This document shows positions 1 to 10,680 of a stretch of DNA of 64,000 nt, piece by piece. The DNA comes from Eledone cirrhosa (taxonomy: Eukaryota), in the NCBI GenBank assembly GCA_964016885.1, contig OZ024741.1:385454001-385518000 (forward strand). Direction: 5' to 3'. Positions within the stretch are counted from its first letter, which is position 1, and every line of letters starts with the position of its first letter. Both the position numbers and the translations under genes were made by a program. Below the pieces are notes generated by a model that saw only the letters and a program-made list of their open reading frames with translations, was not told where the DNA came from and made no database searches.

Positions 1-80
1 CAACATTCAAAGTAACATAAAAGTAGCTGTAATGGAAGCAGATGAAAAGTCAGAAAAAATTGCTGAAGATTTTCTTAATG
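1..80 (+). CDS. VPS37A: VPS37A-like ESCRT-I subunit, internal exon (5' end lies outside the window)
   Basis: The frame starting at base 2 reads NIQSNIKVAVMEADEKSEKIAEDFLN(G), followed by donor GTAAGT at 81. This resembles the vertebrate VPS37A C-terminal Mod(r) region (..KVAAHEAEEESDNIAEDFLEG.., recalled). Confidence 0.88.
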
Positions 81-254
81 GTAAGTTGGTTTTTCATTTG
101 TTTGACTCCATGTTAACATATTGATGATTAAAACATGTATATTAAATATTGAAAGAAAATCATTGATTATTCAATTGGTCTTCTTCAAACTGTGTCTGTT
201 GAAATATATATTTCTTATGTTGACAGCAAGTCTAGATAGAGTTCATAGCTCAAA

Positions 255-526
255 GATTAGAGAGTTGCTCCACATAGAGCCACTACTTCTCTGAATTGAG
301 AGATCACAGCTCTAGTATTACAGGCATCGGGCAAAACCAAACCAGCAGGAGACTCAGGAGTAGACCTTGAGTAAGATGGTTGGATAACATCCATGAGCTT
401 GGCTAGTCACTCTTGGGGATCCAGCCGGATCAATTGGAGACAGTTGCTTCCAACAGAACCTGTTGGAAGGAGTGTTTGAGGACTCTTCCCCTACAACCCT
501 CTTAAGAATAAATGGATGAAGAAGAA
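255..526 (+). mobile_element. RTE-clade LINE, degenerate 3' fragment (family A)
   Basis: Degenerate VRELLHIEPLLL*IERSQL*YY peptide ending in a (GAA)n tail. Homologous to the copies at 5963, 19505, 40600 and 57900. Confidence 0.75.
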
Positions 527-1547
527 GGTCATAGGTCCATTCATGTAATCATACACCACATCTAATTATATATTTCCAACTCCATTTATAGAGACACATT
601 ATTTGTAAAGGTGTTGTACTCTTAAACAAGTTATATAACTCTGCTTGCTTCAATTTGTTAGACTCATAAAAAGAGGTTCTACTCCTATTTCAAACATAAG
701 TGATTTGGGATAAAATAATTATTTTTAAAAAACCATCCTATACATTCTAACAAGGATGTCAACCATAAAATAGTTTGTAAAAAATCTTTCTTTTTTTTTT
801 TTGTTCTACAAGCCAGACTGACAATACTCTTTACTTTGTTCATCAGCAAAACTAAACAACAAAAACAGTGAGCATTTTAAAGCCAGGGTCTAACCTTGTG
901 GACCTCATAAACTTCTCTATTTTGCCCTGTCATCTGCATTCCTTTTACCAGCTCTTTCCTTGGCTTTCATTTCCTCCTCTGTTGTCTTTAACCATGTCTT
1001 CTTTGGTCTGGCCCTTCTTCACCTTCCTTCCATACACATTTCTATCATTCCTCTCCCTCAGTCACTTTCTTCCTTCCTCAACACATGACCCAGCCATCCC
1101 ATTCCATTTCTCTTCACAACATTCATCACTGGTTCTATTCCCCTCAACCTCTGCAATTTATTGTTTGTTTTCCTCTCACTGAGCGATATCCAACACATTT
1201 ATTGAACCATTCTTATTTCTGTTTTTTCCAGCCTTCTGTTGCTTCATATTCATCATCCATGTCTTTATCCCATAAAGTATAACTCTTCTCAACAATAGAT
1301 ACATTCCACATACACATAAACCTAACCCCTTACATGTCACACACAATATCTTATTGATCTTCACCCCATACAAACATTAAAAAAATAAAGTTTAGGTAAC
1401 TAAATATACAAGTGCTACAAATGTCCAACTCATGCAATCATGGAAAAGCAGACGTAAAAACGATGATGATGATGATCCTAGAAAACACATTAGCTTACAA
1501 ACAATATATAAGATTCATCAATAAGCTTTGTCAGTCCTACTAGGTCC

Positions 1548-1871
1548 TTAACCCTTTTAATACCAAAACACCATTGGTTCTATGATACAAAACTGTTTGT
1601 TTTAAAGTGTTGATATTTATCTAAAAACCTTCCATCAGACCAGTCACTAAAGTGAGTGGGTGCCACTGTCCCTCTACTTTTCAATGGTGTACCCTCAGAT
1701 TTCGAAAAGAGAGTTTATAAAAAAACGTCCTGAAATACATTCCTCGGATTAGAGTGCCCGCTTAAAATGTTCTGAAGTCCCAAAGCCTGGCAACAGCCTT
1801 GCCTTTCATCATAATTTTATGTAAAATCCTTTAGTGTCTTTTATTAAAAATATGGTAATGAAAAGGGTTAA
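1548..1871. mobile_element. piggyBac-type MITE (TTAA-CCCTTTT termini)
   Basis: TTAA|CCCTTTTAATACCA ... TGGTAATGAAAAGGG|TTAA. Related copies lie at ~5424-5674, 20427-20666, 43861-44128, 57263-57641 and 58813-59046. Confidence 0.7.
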
Positions 1872-2785
1872 TTTTTTTCATCCAGTAACCAATAAGATTC
1901 CCAAATTTTACATGAAACACATTTCACATCTTATGCCACTGATTATTGCAACTACATGTCAACCATTTTATGAACACCTAAACATCTAAACACTGCTGTG
2001 TATATCTGGTTTAAAATATGAACACTAAAAAGGTTGGTCTCAGGAAGGGTGTCTGACTGTAAAAGATTGCCTAAAAAAGTCCCATTCAACCCATACCAAC
2101 ATGGAAAAGTCAACATAACAATGATGATACATTATTGTAATACAGTAAAAGCAGCACCCCCTATACACACACTTTATGGAAACAAGCACGCAATACACTG
2201 TCAGCATCTGCACTACCACTAGTCAACTCAAAGAACTCAAAACTCTTAAACATTGACTAAATTCATCATAATCATCATTGTGACCAGTCGAACATTTCTG
2301 ACAAAGTCTCTCCACAACACATGATTTTCCATTGCCCCTGACAACTAATCCCTACTGAAGTTTGTACCGTCTGAGAGTTGACCAATGAAAGTTCGAGCAG
2401 GTCTTCCACTGCATCTCCTGCGAGTTGGTTCCCATAATAATAGCATTCCTGCAAATTGTAACCATCTTTGAGCAATTGTAGTTGTTATCTTGTGCAAGTT
2501 TCAATATTAACTTTCATTTGTAATATATTGATGCCAGTTTATGTTTTGTACAACCCTAAGTATTTTAGTATATGCACCATCTAGTTTCTTCTCAAGTACT
2601 TGTATCAGGGTCCACATACTTCATTTATACAAGACTGACTCAACAGGTGTTCTGAAGAATGATATTTTAATTTCTCTGGATAGATCTGACTTCCATATCC
2701 TTTCCATTTTGTTCATTGCAGCCCAAACTTTGGAATTTCTAATGTCATATTAAATAATTATAATTGTTTATAATATTCATTGTAG

Positions 2786-2835
2786 GAAAAATTGACATTG
2801 AAGAATTCAAACAATGTTTTACAGAAGAAAGAACC
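2786..2835 (+). CDS. VPS37A: VPS37A-like, penultimate coding exon (50 nt)
   Basis: Acceptor ttcattgtag, then (G)KIDIEEFKQCFTEERT, then donor GTAAGT at 2836. Phase 1 in and phase 0 out fit both flanking exons. Confidence 0.88.
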
Positions 2836-4199
2836 GTAAGTACAATCAGTTTTTGAAATCCTTTTCCAAAGTCTTTTTGCCCACCTCTCACCTATCACTC
2901 CACTTTATACTCAGTATTCTTCTATGATTGTAGGCTTTTATGTTGATAGTTGAATCTATATTAGATTTTGTGATCAAACAATGTACTGTGTTGTTGGATG
3001 TTTATTCAGTGGTTTGGATGTAGCATAGATGAATGGTTGAGTTTGTTTCGCAATCATATTTGGCTTGGTTTCTATGGCTGGATGCTCTTCCTAATAACAA
3101 CTACTTCACATAGTGTACTGGGTATGTTTTATCATGGCATCAACACTAGAGAGGTTGTCAAGTTACTGACAAAACCAAAAGACACAGGGTGGTTCAATGG
3201 CTAAGAAGTTTGCTTTGTAATCATAAGGTTTTGGGTTTAACCCCACAGTGTGGCATCTTGAGCAAGTGTCATTTAACATAGCCTCTGGTCAACCCATGCC
3301 TTGTGAGGGAAATTGGGTGGATAGAAACTGTTTGGAAGATTGCTGAATGAACAATACCTGTAACTTAAAGAGCCAACCTTGTCACACACAGTCACACTGA
3401 CTCTCCTTGAGAATTACATTAAGAATACACATGTCTGGAATTACTAAGTGATTTACACATTCATTTTATGAGCAAGCTGATCTGTTGATTAACAACTAAA
3501 ACACTCATCATCAAAAGTAACAGGGGGGTAATTCTAGTAGTTAATCATCAGAATAATGATAAACATTGCTTTATTGTACTGAGCTTTAGATCCTGTCACT
3601 GTTGACTTGAACTGAACACCTGCAATGTGGTTAGTGAAACTTCATTAGTATTCTATGGAGGGCTAGTGGTGGTAAGCTTTGATGTTAACTCTTACTATCC
3701 GGTCATGATTTATTCTATTACGTGTTCCAGCCGACATGCTGGGGCATTGCCATTATAAATTATTTCGCCTGCAGCAGAAACAATTTAAAAGTATGTTTGT
3801 TAATTCAAATGTTTATAGTATCTTTACTAGTGGACAGGCTATTGTGAAAATTTGCAGTAAACTAAAGTAAAGACTTCAAATTTTAATGTTATGCAGTGAT
3901 ACTGCTGTTTTTGTACTGTTCAACAATGTCTTGCCAATGCAGTTTCATGTGGTACAGGATGTTAAGAGTTAAAGCTTACACTAATATCATTGTTGTTGAA
4001 TAGTTCCCATCATCTCTGCTGATCTACCACTAAGAAGCAAGCAACAACTACAGCATCTCCAGTACACAGATATAATGTGTTTTGGTTATTAATTTCAGTG
4101 AGACCTTCAGCAGTTGATATGTATCCTCACATGGAAAACAAAATAAACTTGTACTTAGAAGTATTAAAATGAACAAGTATATTTTCCAGATTGATATTT

Positions 4200-4458
4200 C
4201 TAAAAGTCTAAAGTCTGTCTTGTTTTCGTGGCGTTAAGTGATTCAGAGTACAAGACTTTCCCCTAAATAGGATGCCAGTCCATTGCAGGGTTAACCCCTA
4301 GCTACTGGTACTCATTTTTAGCAGAGTATATTGGAGCAATATGAAATGAAGTGTTTTGCTCAAAAACACAACTCACAACCCAGTCCAGGGCATCAAACCC
4401 ACGAATGACATTGTGATCCTAAGTCCAACACACTTACCACTAGGCCACTCACCTGCAC
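4200..4458 (-). mobile_element. tRNA-derived CORE-type SINE with (AGACTTT)n tail
   Basis: The reverse strand shows a tRNA-like head and the core motif TTGAGCAAAACACTTCATTTCA. The same family occurs at ~41760-42025(-), 45858-46145(+), 53085-53346(+), 61786-62012(+) and 63424-63665(-). Confidence 0.7.
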
Positions 4459-4544
4459 TGATTGATATTTGCTTTTGTCATCTTTATAATATAACACTTA
4501 ACACCACAAAGGATTAAAGATAGGTAATGAAAAACAGAAAGCAT

Positions 4545-5392
4545 TAATCCATATTGTCAAGAAGGCCGAGGGTGTCTTGGCATCACTCAGCAAGACCTTT
4601 GTTAGCCGCTCTCCAGCCATCTATTTAAAACTGTATACAGCTATGGTATGACCACACTTGGAATTCGCATCATCAGTCTGGAACCCCTATCTTGCTCAGA
4701 ACATTGACCTCCTGGAAACTGTTCAGAGACGTGCAACCAAGCGCATACCCTCCATCAGACACCTACCATACTCTGAACGCCTTGCTTCCCTGGGCATGGA
4801 TTCATTGAGGCTCCGACGTCTGGCAATGGACTTGGTGAATACCCACAAAGTTTTTAACCATCTCGCCAATTGCAACCCTGAGCGCCTCTTTGATCTCCAT
4901 GTGTCTAACACACGTGGACATGCCTACAAGATCAGAAAACAGCACAGCTCCCATGACTTTCGTAGACATTTTTTCACGCTCAGAGTTGCTGAAGCATGGA
5001 ACAAACTGCCTGCGTCAATTGTTAGCTGCCGAGACACTGCATCCTTTAAGACACTCATGCTTCCCGAAATACGCCAAAACTACACCTGATGTACCCCTTC
5101 CATACACATGCACACATGTGTGTATCATGACTCGTGCACTGTTCATTTTACTGATGTTTGTGCATTGCCCTATGTACTGTACATGCACTTATTTGATGAG
5201 TTGTGGTGCACCTGGGCACTGTACACAATATTTCATTATTGTTATTATTATTATATCATGACTCGTACACTGTTCATTTTCCTGACATTTGTACATTATT
5301 CTATGTACTATACATGCACCTTTGATGAGTTGTAGTGCACCTGAGCACTGTACACAATAATTTCATTATTATTATATTATTATTATTATTAT
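4545..5392 (+). mobile_element. CR1-clade LINE, 5'-truncated, with duplicated 3' UTR
   Basis: ORF2 C-terminus PHLEFASSVWNPY..LETVQRRATKRIP..YSERL..TRGH..FFTLRVAEAWNKLP is typical of CR1/L2. It ends in an (ATT)n tail. Confidence 0.9.
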
Positions 5393-5423
5393 ATGAAGAT
5401 ATCTCAAAGTTTTTTTCGCAGAG

Positions 5424-5674
5424 AACCTTTTCATTACCATATTTCTAATGAAAGACACTGCTTATGATTTTTAAAAAAGTAATTTTGAAAATAATCAGGA
5501 GCTTGTGGGGAATTAGTAATATAGCCAACTTTCTCATTATTAAGCTGGTGTTTGGAGCATATCTTAACAAAGGTTCCTTATAAAATTATGATTTAATATA
5601 AATATTTTAAAATAAATAACTTTCTTTTGTAAAACCAGGAATAATTTCAAGCAGTTTTGTATTAAAAGGGTTAA
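5424..5674. mobile_element. piggyBac-type MITE copy
   Basis: AACCTTTTCATTACCA ... TATTAAAAGGG|TTAA, the same family as 1548-1871. Confidence 0.65.
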
Positions 5675-5962
5675 ATAAACTCTTAACTGCAGACCATACA
5701 TTGATTTACAGAAAGACCTTGGAAACAAAAGAAAAATGTATCATGGACATGATTATGATCTCTGATATATAATTATATAACCTAGAAAGGAAGCAATAAA
5801 CTTATCATAATTGTATAACAAATATTTAACTTTATTAATAGAACTAGCAGAAAAACCGCCCTTTGGGCGGTTTTCTGCTACCGTATGTAGTGTGCATATT
5901 GGTATTATACGCAAATATATATGCATATAGATATATGTAAATTGAAAAGTAAATTGATAATA

Positions 5963-6600
5963 TCTTCTTCTTCACCCACTTATTTCTGAGAGGGTCGTGG
6001 GGACAGAGTCCTTCTCAAACACTCCTTCCAGCGAGTCTGTCAGTAGCAAACATCTCTAACTGATCCAGCTGGATCCCAAAACGTGACCAGCCAAGCTCAT
6101 GGATGTTATCCAACTATCTTGCTCAGGGTCTACCTCTGGGTCTCTTGCCGGTTGGTTTTGCCTGTAAAATGTGTCCAGCGATTCTTTACTGAGACATTCT
6201 AACCACATGCTCACAATATTGGAGTTGTGATCGCTCAATTCGGAGAAGTAGCGGCTCTACCAGGAGTGACTCTCTGGTCTCTGAGTTATGCATTTTATCA
6301 AGTAATGTTACTCCAAAGACGCTTCGGAGGAATCCCATTTCTGCCACTTTTATTTGCAATTGTATTCTTTTGGTCATTACTCAAAATTCATGATCCATGG
6401 TAAGAGTTGGAAAGAATACCAGGAAGACGGCGAGTTTGGCTTCTACACCTACCCTCCTTCATCTGAATGCTGAGGCTGGCGTTTTACTGCATCAGCTTTT
6501 ATAATTCTTGCACTTAATTCAGTCTCCTGCATTCGATCACTCATGATACTTGTAATTCTCTAACTGCCTCAGTAGAACTCCATTCACATGTATATAAATT
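5963..6600 (-). mobile_element. RTE-clade LINE 3' fragment (family A)
   Basis: MTKRIQLQIKVAEMGFLRSVFGVTLLDK..EPLLLRIERSQLQYCEHVVRM with a (GAA)n tail at 5963-5972. Confidence 0.85.
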
Positions 6601-6771
6601 TGAGGGACTTCTGTCCACCCGTCCATCACGCAATGTGTGAATGTGTATGTAAAAGGAAGGAAAGGGATACACACATATATGTCTCTAACTCAAAAACAGT
6701 GACACACACGTCTCTAATTTAAGAACGCCGACAAACTCACACACGCGCACATACACACACTGTCCTATTAC

Positions 6772-7445
6772 CACTCAAGAGCTTTGGCCCGGGCAAACAT
6801 CCCCTCAATTTTGGAACCGTCTGGGTTGTCCTGAATTGATGGGAAAATACTTGACGGTCTTACTCTGTGCCCCTGGTCAAGAGGCAGGTGCCTTACCTGG
6901 GACGTCACAGTTAGTGACTCTTTTGCTTCTTCCAACATTCTGGATGCAGAGGTAAGGGTGAGATCTACAGCACCCGCAGCTGAACAGAACAAAATCCTAA
7001 AATACTGTGTTCTGTCAGCTAAATACATTATCCAGCCTGTGGCGTTTGAGACGTTTCGGGGAGCAAGGCTACTGACAGCAAGCTTCTTATCTTCACTGGC
7101 GGCTCGCCAAACAGAGGTAACTGGTGATGTTCATGAGGACACCTCAGCCTCGCTATCACCCCAGGTAATGCTGCGAGCGTGTTGGCCTGCCTCAAAAATT
7201 ATTAGAGAGGTTTCCCAGTGCTCCTGTCTATATTGTTATCTTTTGCTCTGGTAGCGGCTCGTTTTTCCACCCCTTTCGTCTGCATTTTGTTCTATGGGGT
7301 CTAAGATGTATTAACTGCTTGTGTATTTTTTCTCTTTCTTTTTTTCCTTTCCCTTTCCTTTGTATATATTATATTTGTTAGTGTTTTCATTCTGTAACCA
7401 TTATATTAAATGAGTTTAAAAAAAAAAGAGTTAATAAATAAATAA
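6772..7445 (+). mobile_element. CRE-like non-LTR retrotransposon, 3' fragment with restriction-like endonuclease
   Basis: Reads RALARANIPSILEPSGLS*IDGKILDGLTLCPWSRGRCLTWDVTVSDSFA..AAEQNKILKY..QPVAFETF..GNAASVLA, i.e. the (P)DG..W..WD..K..KY RLE motif set. A T-rich UTR and A-rich tail follow. Confidence 0.8.
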
Positions 7446-7499
7446 AACGTTATACTTGCTTTACTCTCCCATCTCCAATTAAACCGAACGCTATCATGA

Positions 7500-7735
7500 C
7501 TGTATGTGTGTTTGTGTAAATGTATGTGTGTGAATGTATGTATGTTTGTGTAAATGTATGTGTGAATGTATGTATATTTGTGTGAAAGTATGTGTGAATG
7601 TATGTATATTTGTGTGAAAGTTTGTGTGAATGTATGTATGTTTGTGTGAATGTATGTATGTTTGTGTAAATGTATATGTATGAATGTATGTGTATTTGTG
7701 TGAAAGTATGTATATTTGTGTGAATTATGTCTGTG
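7500..7735. repeat. (TGTA/TGTG)-derived compound minisatellite
   Basis: Repeated tgtgtgaatgtatgtatgtt-type units. Confidence 0.85.
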
Positions 7736-8190
7736 AGAGTATTTTTATAAGCTTGTGTTTGCGCGATTATAGTTATATACTCATACATATAGATGTATGT
7801 ATGTGCACAATCTTACGCGTCAGCGTGTAGAAAATCATAATCTCTCTATCTCTCTCATCACAAACTCTCTGTTTCTATATATATGGTAGTTGAAGTGGTG
7901 GTGGTGGCGACGATATACCGAATGTGCAACTTTGAAAAGAAGTCAATTTGAAATTATTTATTTTTACGAAATTGAGTAGATAAATTACATAATATTCATT
8001 CATTATTTATTCAAAGTAATCCAACTTATTTTACAAACGGATAAAAAAAACAAAAACGTACGCAATCCCGCAGACCTTCCTTTATTATAGTTTAGATAGA
8101 ATTATTTGTAATAGTATTGTTGCAGTCATTAAAAGTTAAGATAATTTCTCCTTCAACTTCACCTCTTCATCATCATTATTTAGTTAATCT

Positions 8191-8420
8191 AATTGCTGGC
8201 CTTGTGTCAAAAGTAGAAACATTATTATTATCATTCAAAGGCGGTGGATTGGCAGTATCGGTAGAGGGTCGGACGCCATGCTTTGAAGCATAGAGTTACG
8301 TCCCTTTATGATCTAAGTTCAAATCCCGTTAACTTTGCCTTTCATCCTTATGGGGTCGATATAATAAAGTACCAGTAATGTACTGGGTAATTGCTGGCCT
8401 TGTGCCTAAAATAGAAATAA
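8191..8420 (+). mobile_element. tRNA-derived SINE (family B) plus the tail of a preceding copy, inside a TSD
   Basis: Box-B-like GTTCAAATCC and body AACTTTGCCTTTCATCCTTA(C/T)GGGGTCGAT, flanked by the direct repeat ATTATTTAGTTAATCT. Other copies lie at ~14105-14245, 17085-17230, 31315-31430(-), 32135-32290, 34622-34835(-) and 57345-57482. Confidence 0.75.
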
Positions 8421-8640
8421 TTATTTAGTTAATCTACCTCCCTCCTCCTAATCATGATTTAGTTAATCTACCCCCTCCTCCTCCTCATTACTTAGTTAAC
8501 TCCTCCCCCTCATATCATGTGTTAAGTAAGATTATCTAGACACATATTGTTATAACATTTTGACTGTCAGATTTTGTACAATGAGAGAGAGAGAAAAAGA
8601 GACAGGTGGATGTGTAATCTTTCTAATAACATTGCCATAT

Positions 8641-8990
8641 AGACTCAGACTCAGAAGCTCCCGCGTCTTGCGACGCATGAGGCAATCATAGTGTTCCACC
8701 GTGTTCGGTCAGCAGCCAGTTGCACAGCGTCCCGCCATTGTCTGTTTGTCGCTCTCAGGTCCCTCTCAACTGTCTGGCGCCAGTTCATTTTGGGTCGCCC
8801 TCTCCGTCTGCTTCCCTGTGGGTTCCATTTAAGTACTTGGTTCGCCAGTCTCTCCGGGGGAAGTCTCAAAGCGTGCCCAAACCAGCCCAGGCATCGCTTG
8901 CAGATGGCAGAAGAGACTAGCTGCTGGTTGGTGCGGTTCCTGACTTCCTGGTTTGTTACATGGTCACTCCATTTAATCCCATTTAATGCA
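8641..8990 (-). mobile_element. RTE-clade LINE 3' fragment (family B)
   Basis: GIKWSDHVTNQEVRNRT..LGWFGHALRLPPERLANQVLKWNPQGSRRRGRPKMNWRQTVERDL, with tail (CTGAGT)n. Confidence 0.88.
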
Positions 8991-9420
8991 CTTGCAGAGA
9001 GCTCAGCCATATAGAAGCATGCTTATATGCATTTAATTAAAATTAATGCTTATTAATAACTAAATATACAGTGATGATAGTATCAGTGGTGATGATGGGG
9101 TGTGTGTAAGATTCCACAGATTATGTGCTTCAGCATACTAAAGTATAAAATAGTATGTTATTTGAAGGTTACAACAAGGCAAAAGAGCAGTAAATTCAGA
9201 ATAAATTGAAGACAACAAAGATGTTGATGTGTCACCTGTTATTTTATTTACCTGTCCTAATATTTTGATTCTAAGAACCTTTCATAGAAGAATATAAGAA
9301 ACTGGGTCAGAGTTTATACTATTGTTGTCATTACTGGTTTGCCATTTGTTTTCTGCAATACCCTCTTATACTAAAGTATTTACTCCTTATTTATTAATTT
9401 CATTGTTTTTGTTGTTGTAG

Positions 9421-9498
9421 CTATGCCACTGTCGGAGAGCCAAAGAAGAGAAACTGAACCAAATTATTCTTGCAAGCGGATTTTATCCTCATATGTGA
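9421..9498 (+). CDS. VPS37A: VPS37A-like, last coding exon
   Basis: Acceptor tttttgttgttgtag, then LCHCRRAKEEKLNQIILASGFYPHM-TGA. CHCRRAKEEKL matches the VPS37A C-terminus as I recall it. Confidence 0.92.
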   Translation, partial: LCHCRRAKEEKLNQIILASGFYPHM

Positions 9499-9888
9499 TA
9501 TGTCTAGTGAAGCTGTCTTCATAGAGAGCGAAATTACTACTCCTCCAAATATCTTTAAAAGAAAAAACAAAATAATCACTGTTACTCATAGCATCGTGCC
9601 ATACAGGGTAAATATATTGCCCTTGATGACCTTTGTATAGTCACAACGTATGGGGATTCACAACACTTAAGTCACTGGAATCAGTCTCTCATCTTGTACA
9701 AAAAACTATTTGAACATTTTTTTTTTGGCAAATTTTATTTTATTGTGAAGAGGTTGCTTTCTGCCCTCTCTATCCCCCTCCATATTTTTTCTCTTGTCTT
9801 TTCCAAACTTTCCGGAACTAATTTTTCTACTGGCCTTCTAATTTATCTCCATAGTTCCATTACTGACATCAGTATGATATGTAAAATG

Positions 9889-9894
9889 AATAAA
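9889..9894 (+). promoter_or_regulatory. Candidate polyadenylation signal of the VPS37A-like gene
   Basis: AATAAA (overlapping pair) about 390 nt after the stop, followed by a T-rich tract (ttgttttttct). Confidence 0.4.
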
Positions 9895-9984
9895 ATAAAT
9901 ATTCCAAGCAGTGTTGACCATTCATTGTTTTTCTAACTATTGCCATTATTTATATATATATATAGAGAGAGAAGGATAGATCAT

Positions 9985-10680
9985 TTTCTTTTTATTTGCC
10001 ACCAGGGCATCAAAAAGTGGGACAAGTACAATGGGGGGAGTTTACATAACAAGGCGTCCTCAATAAGGAGGAGGCAATAACAAAATATAAAAATAAAATA
10101 AAATATAACAAGATAAAATTTATAACAAAATCCTCAATAGAGAGGGGGGGTCGCACACACCTCCGAAAAAAGTGTGCAACCCTTCTCCTCAGGAGCACAG
10201 AGAAGGGGTGCTCCCTTGGTCTTTCATCTTCCTCACCTATAGTCTGATGTAGAGTGAAGGCCCATTCACACGGGCCATTCTCGCCACTTTCACCCATCTT
10301 TCATAAAAACGGCTGGGGTGCAGCACCTCTCTCTCCATCCTGATCCTTCTTCCGAAATGATATCGGAAGAAACGGACCAGTTGTTGGCCAAAGAGAAAGG
10401 TGTCTGACCTCAGTCCTTTCAGACGCGTCCACCATACAACCTCTTTCGCCATGGCTATTACGCACAGAAACACCGCCTCTCCTTCGTTTTTGAAGAGGGG
10501 AGGCGGCTTGATCGTTACAATAGACTCGGTGGTCAACCGGATCGGTCCCACCCTTGACAGCAGTTGTTCGACATAGCCCCACAGATCGGAAATTGCCCGA
10601 GCAGTGTACCATTGCGTGTGCAACGGTTTTGTCATCGCACACGCATCTGGGACATCCATTTACTAGTCGCACGGTGCATG
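9985..10680 (-). mobile_element. L1/Tx1-like LINE 3' fragment
   Basis: CCHC knuckle CPRC..KTVAHAMVHC, frameshifted into the ORF2 C-terminus (..AKEVVWWTR..RFYERW). The 3' UTR ends in AATAAAAAGAAAA. Confidence 0.8.

Larger units (their letters stand above)
5844..8096 (-). mobile_element. Non-autonomous Helitron with nested LINE fragments
   Basis: The minus strand begins A|TC (8096-8095, TCTAAACTATAATAAAG) and ends CTAG|T (5847-5844). A GC hairpin CCGCCC-TTT-GGGCGG sits at 5856-5870, there is no TSD, and the interior holds microsatellites. Confidence 0.65.
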
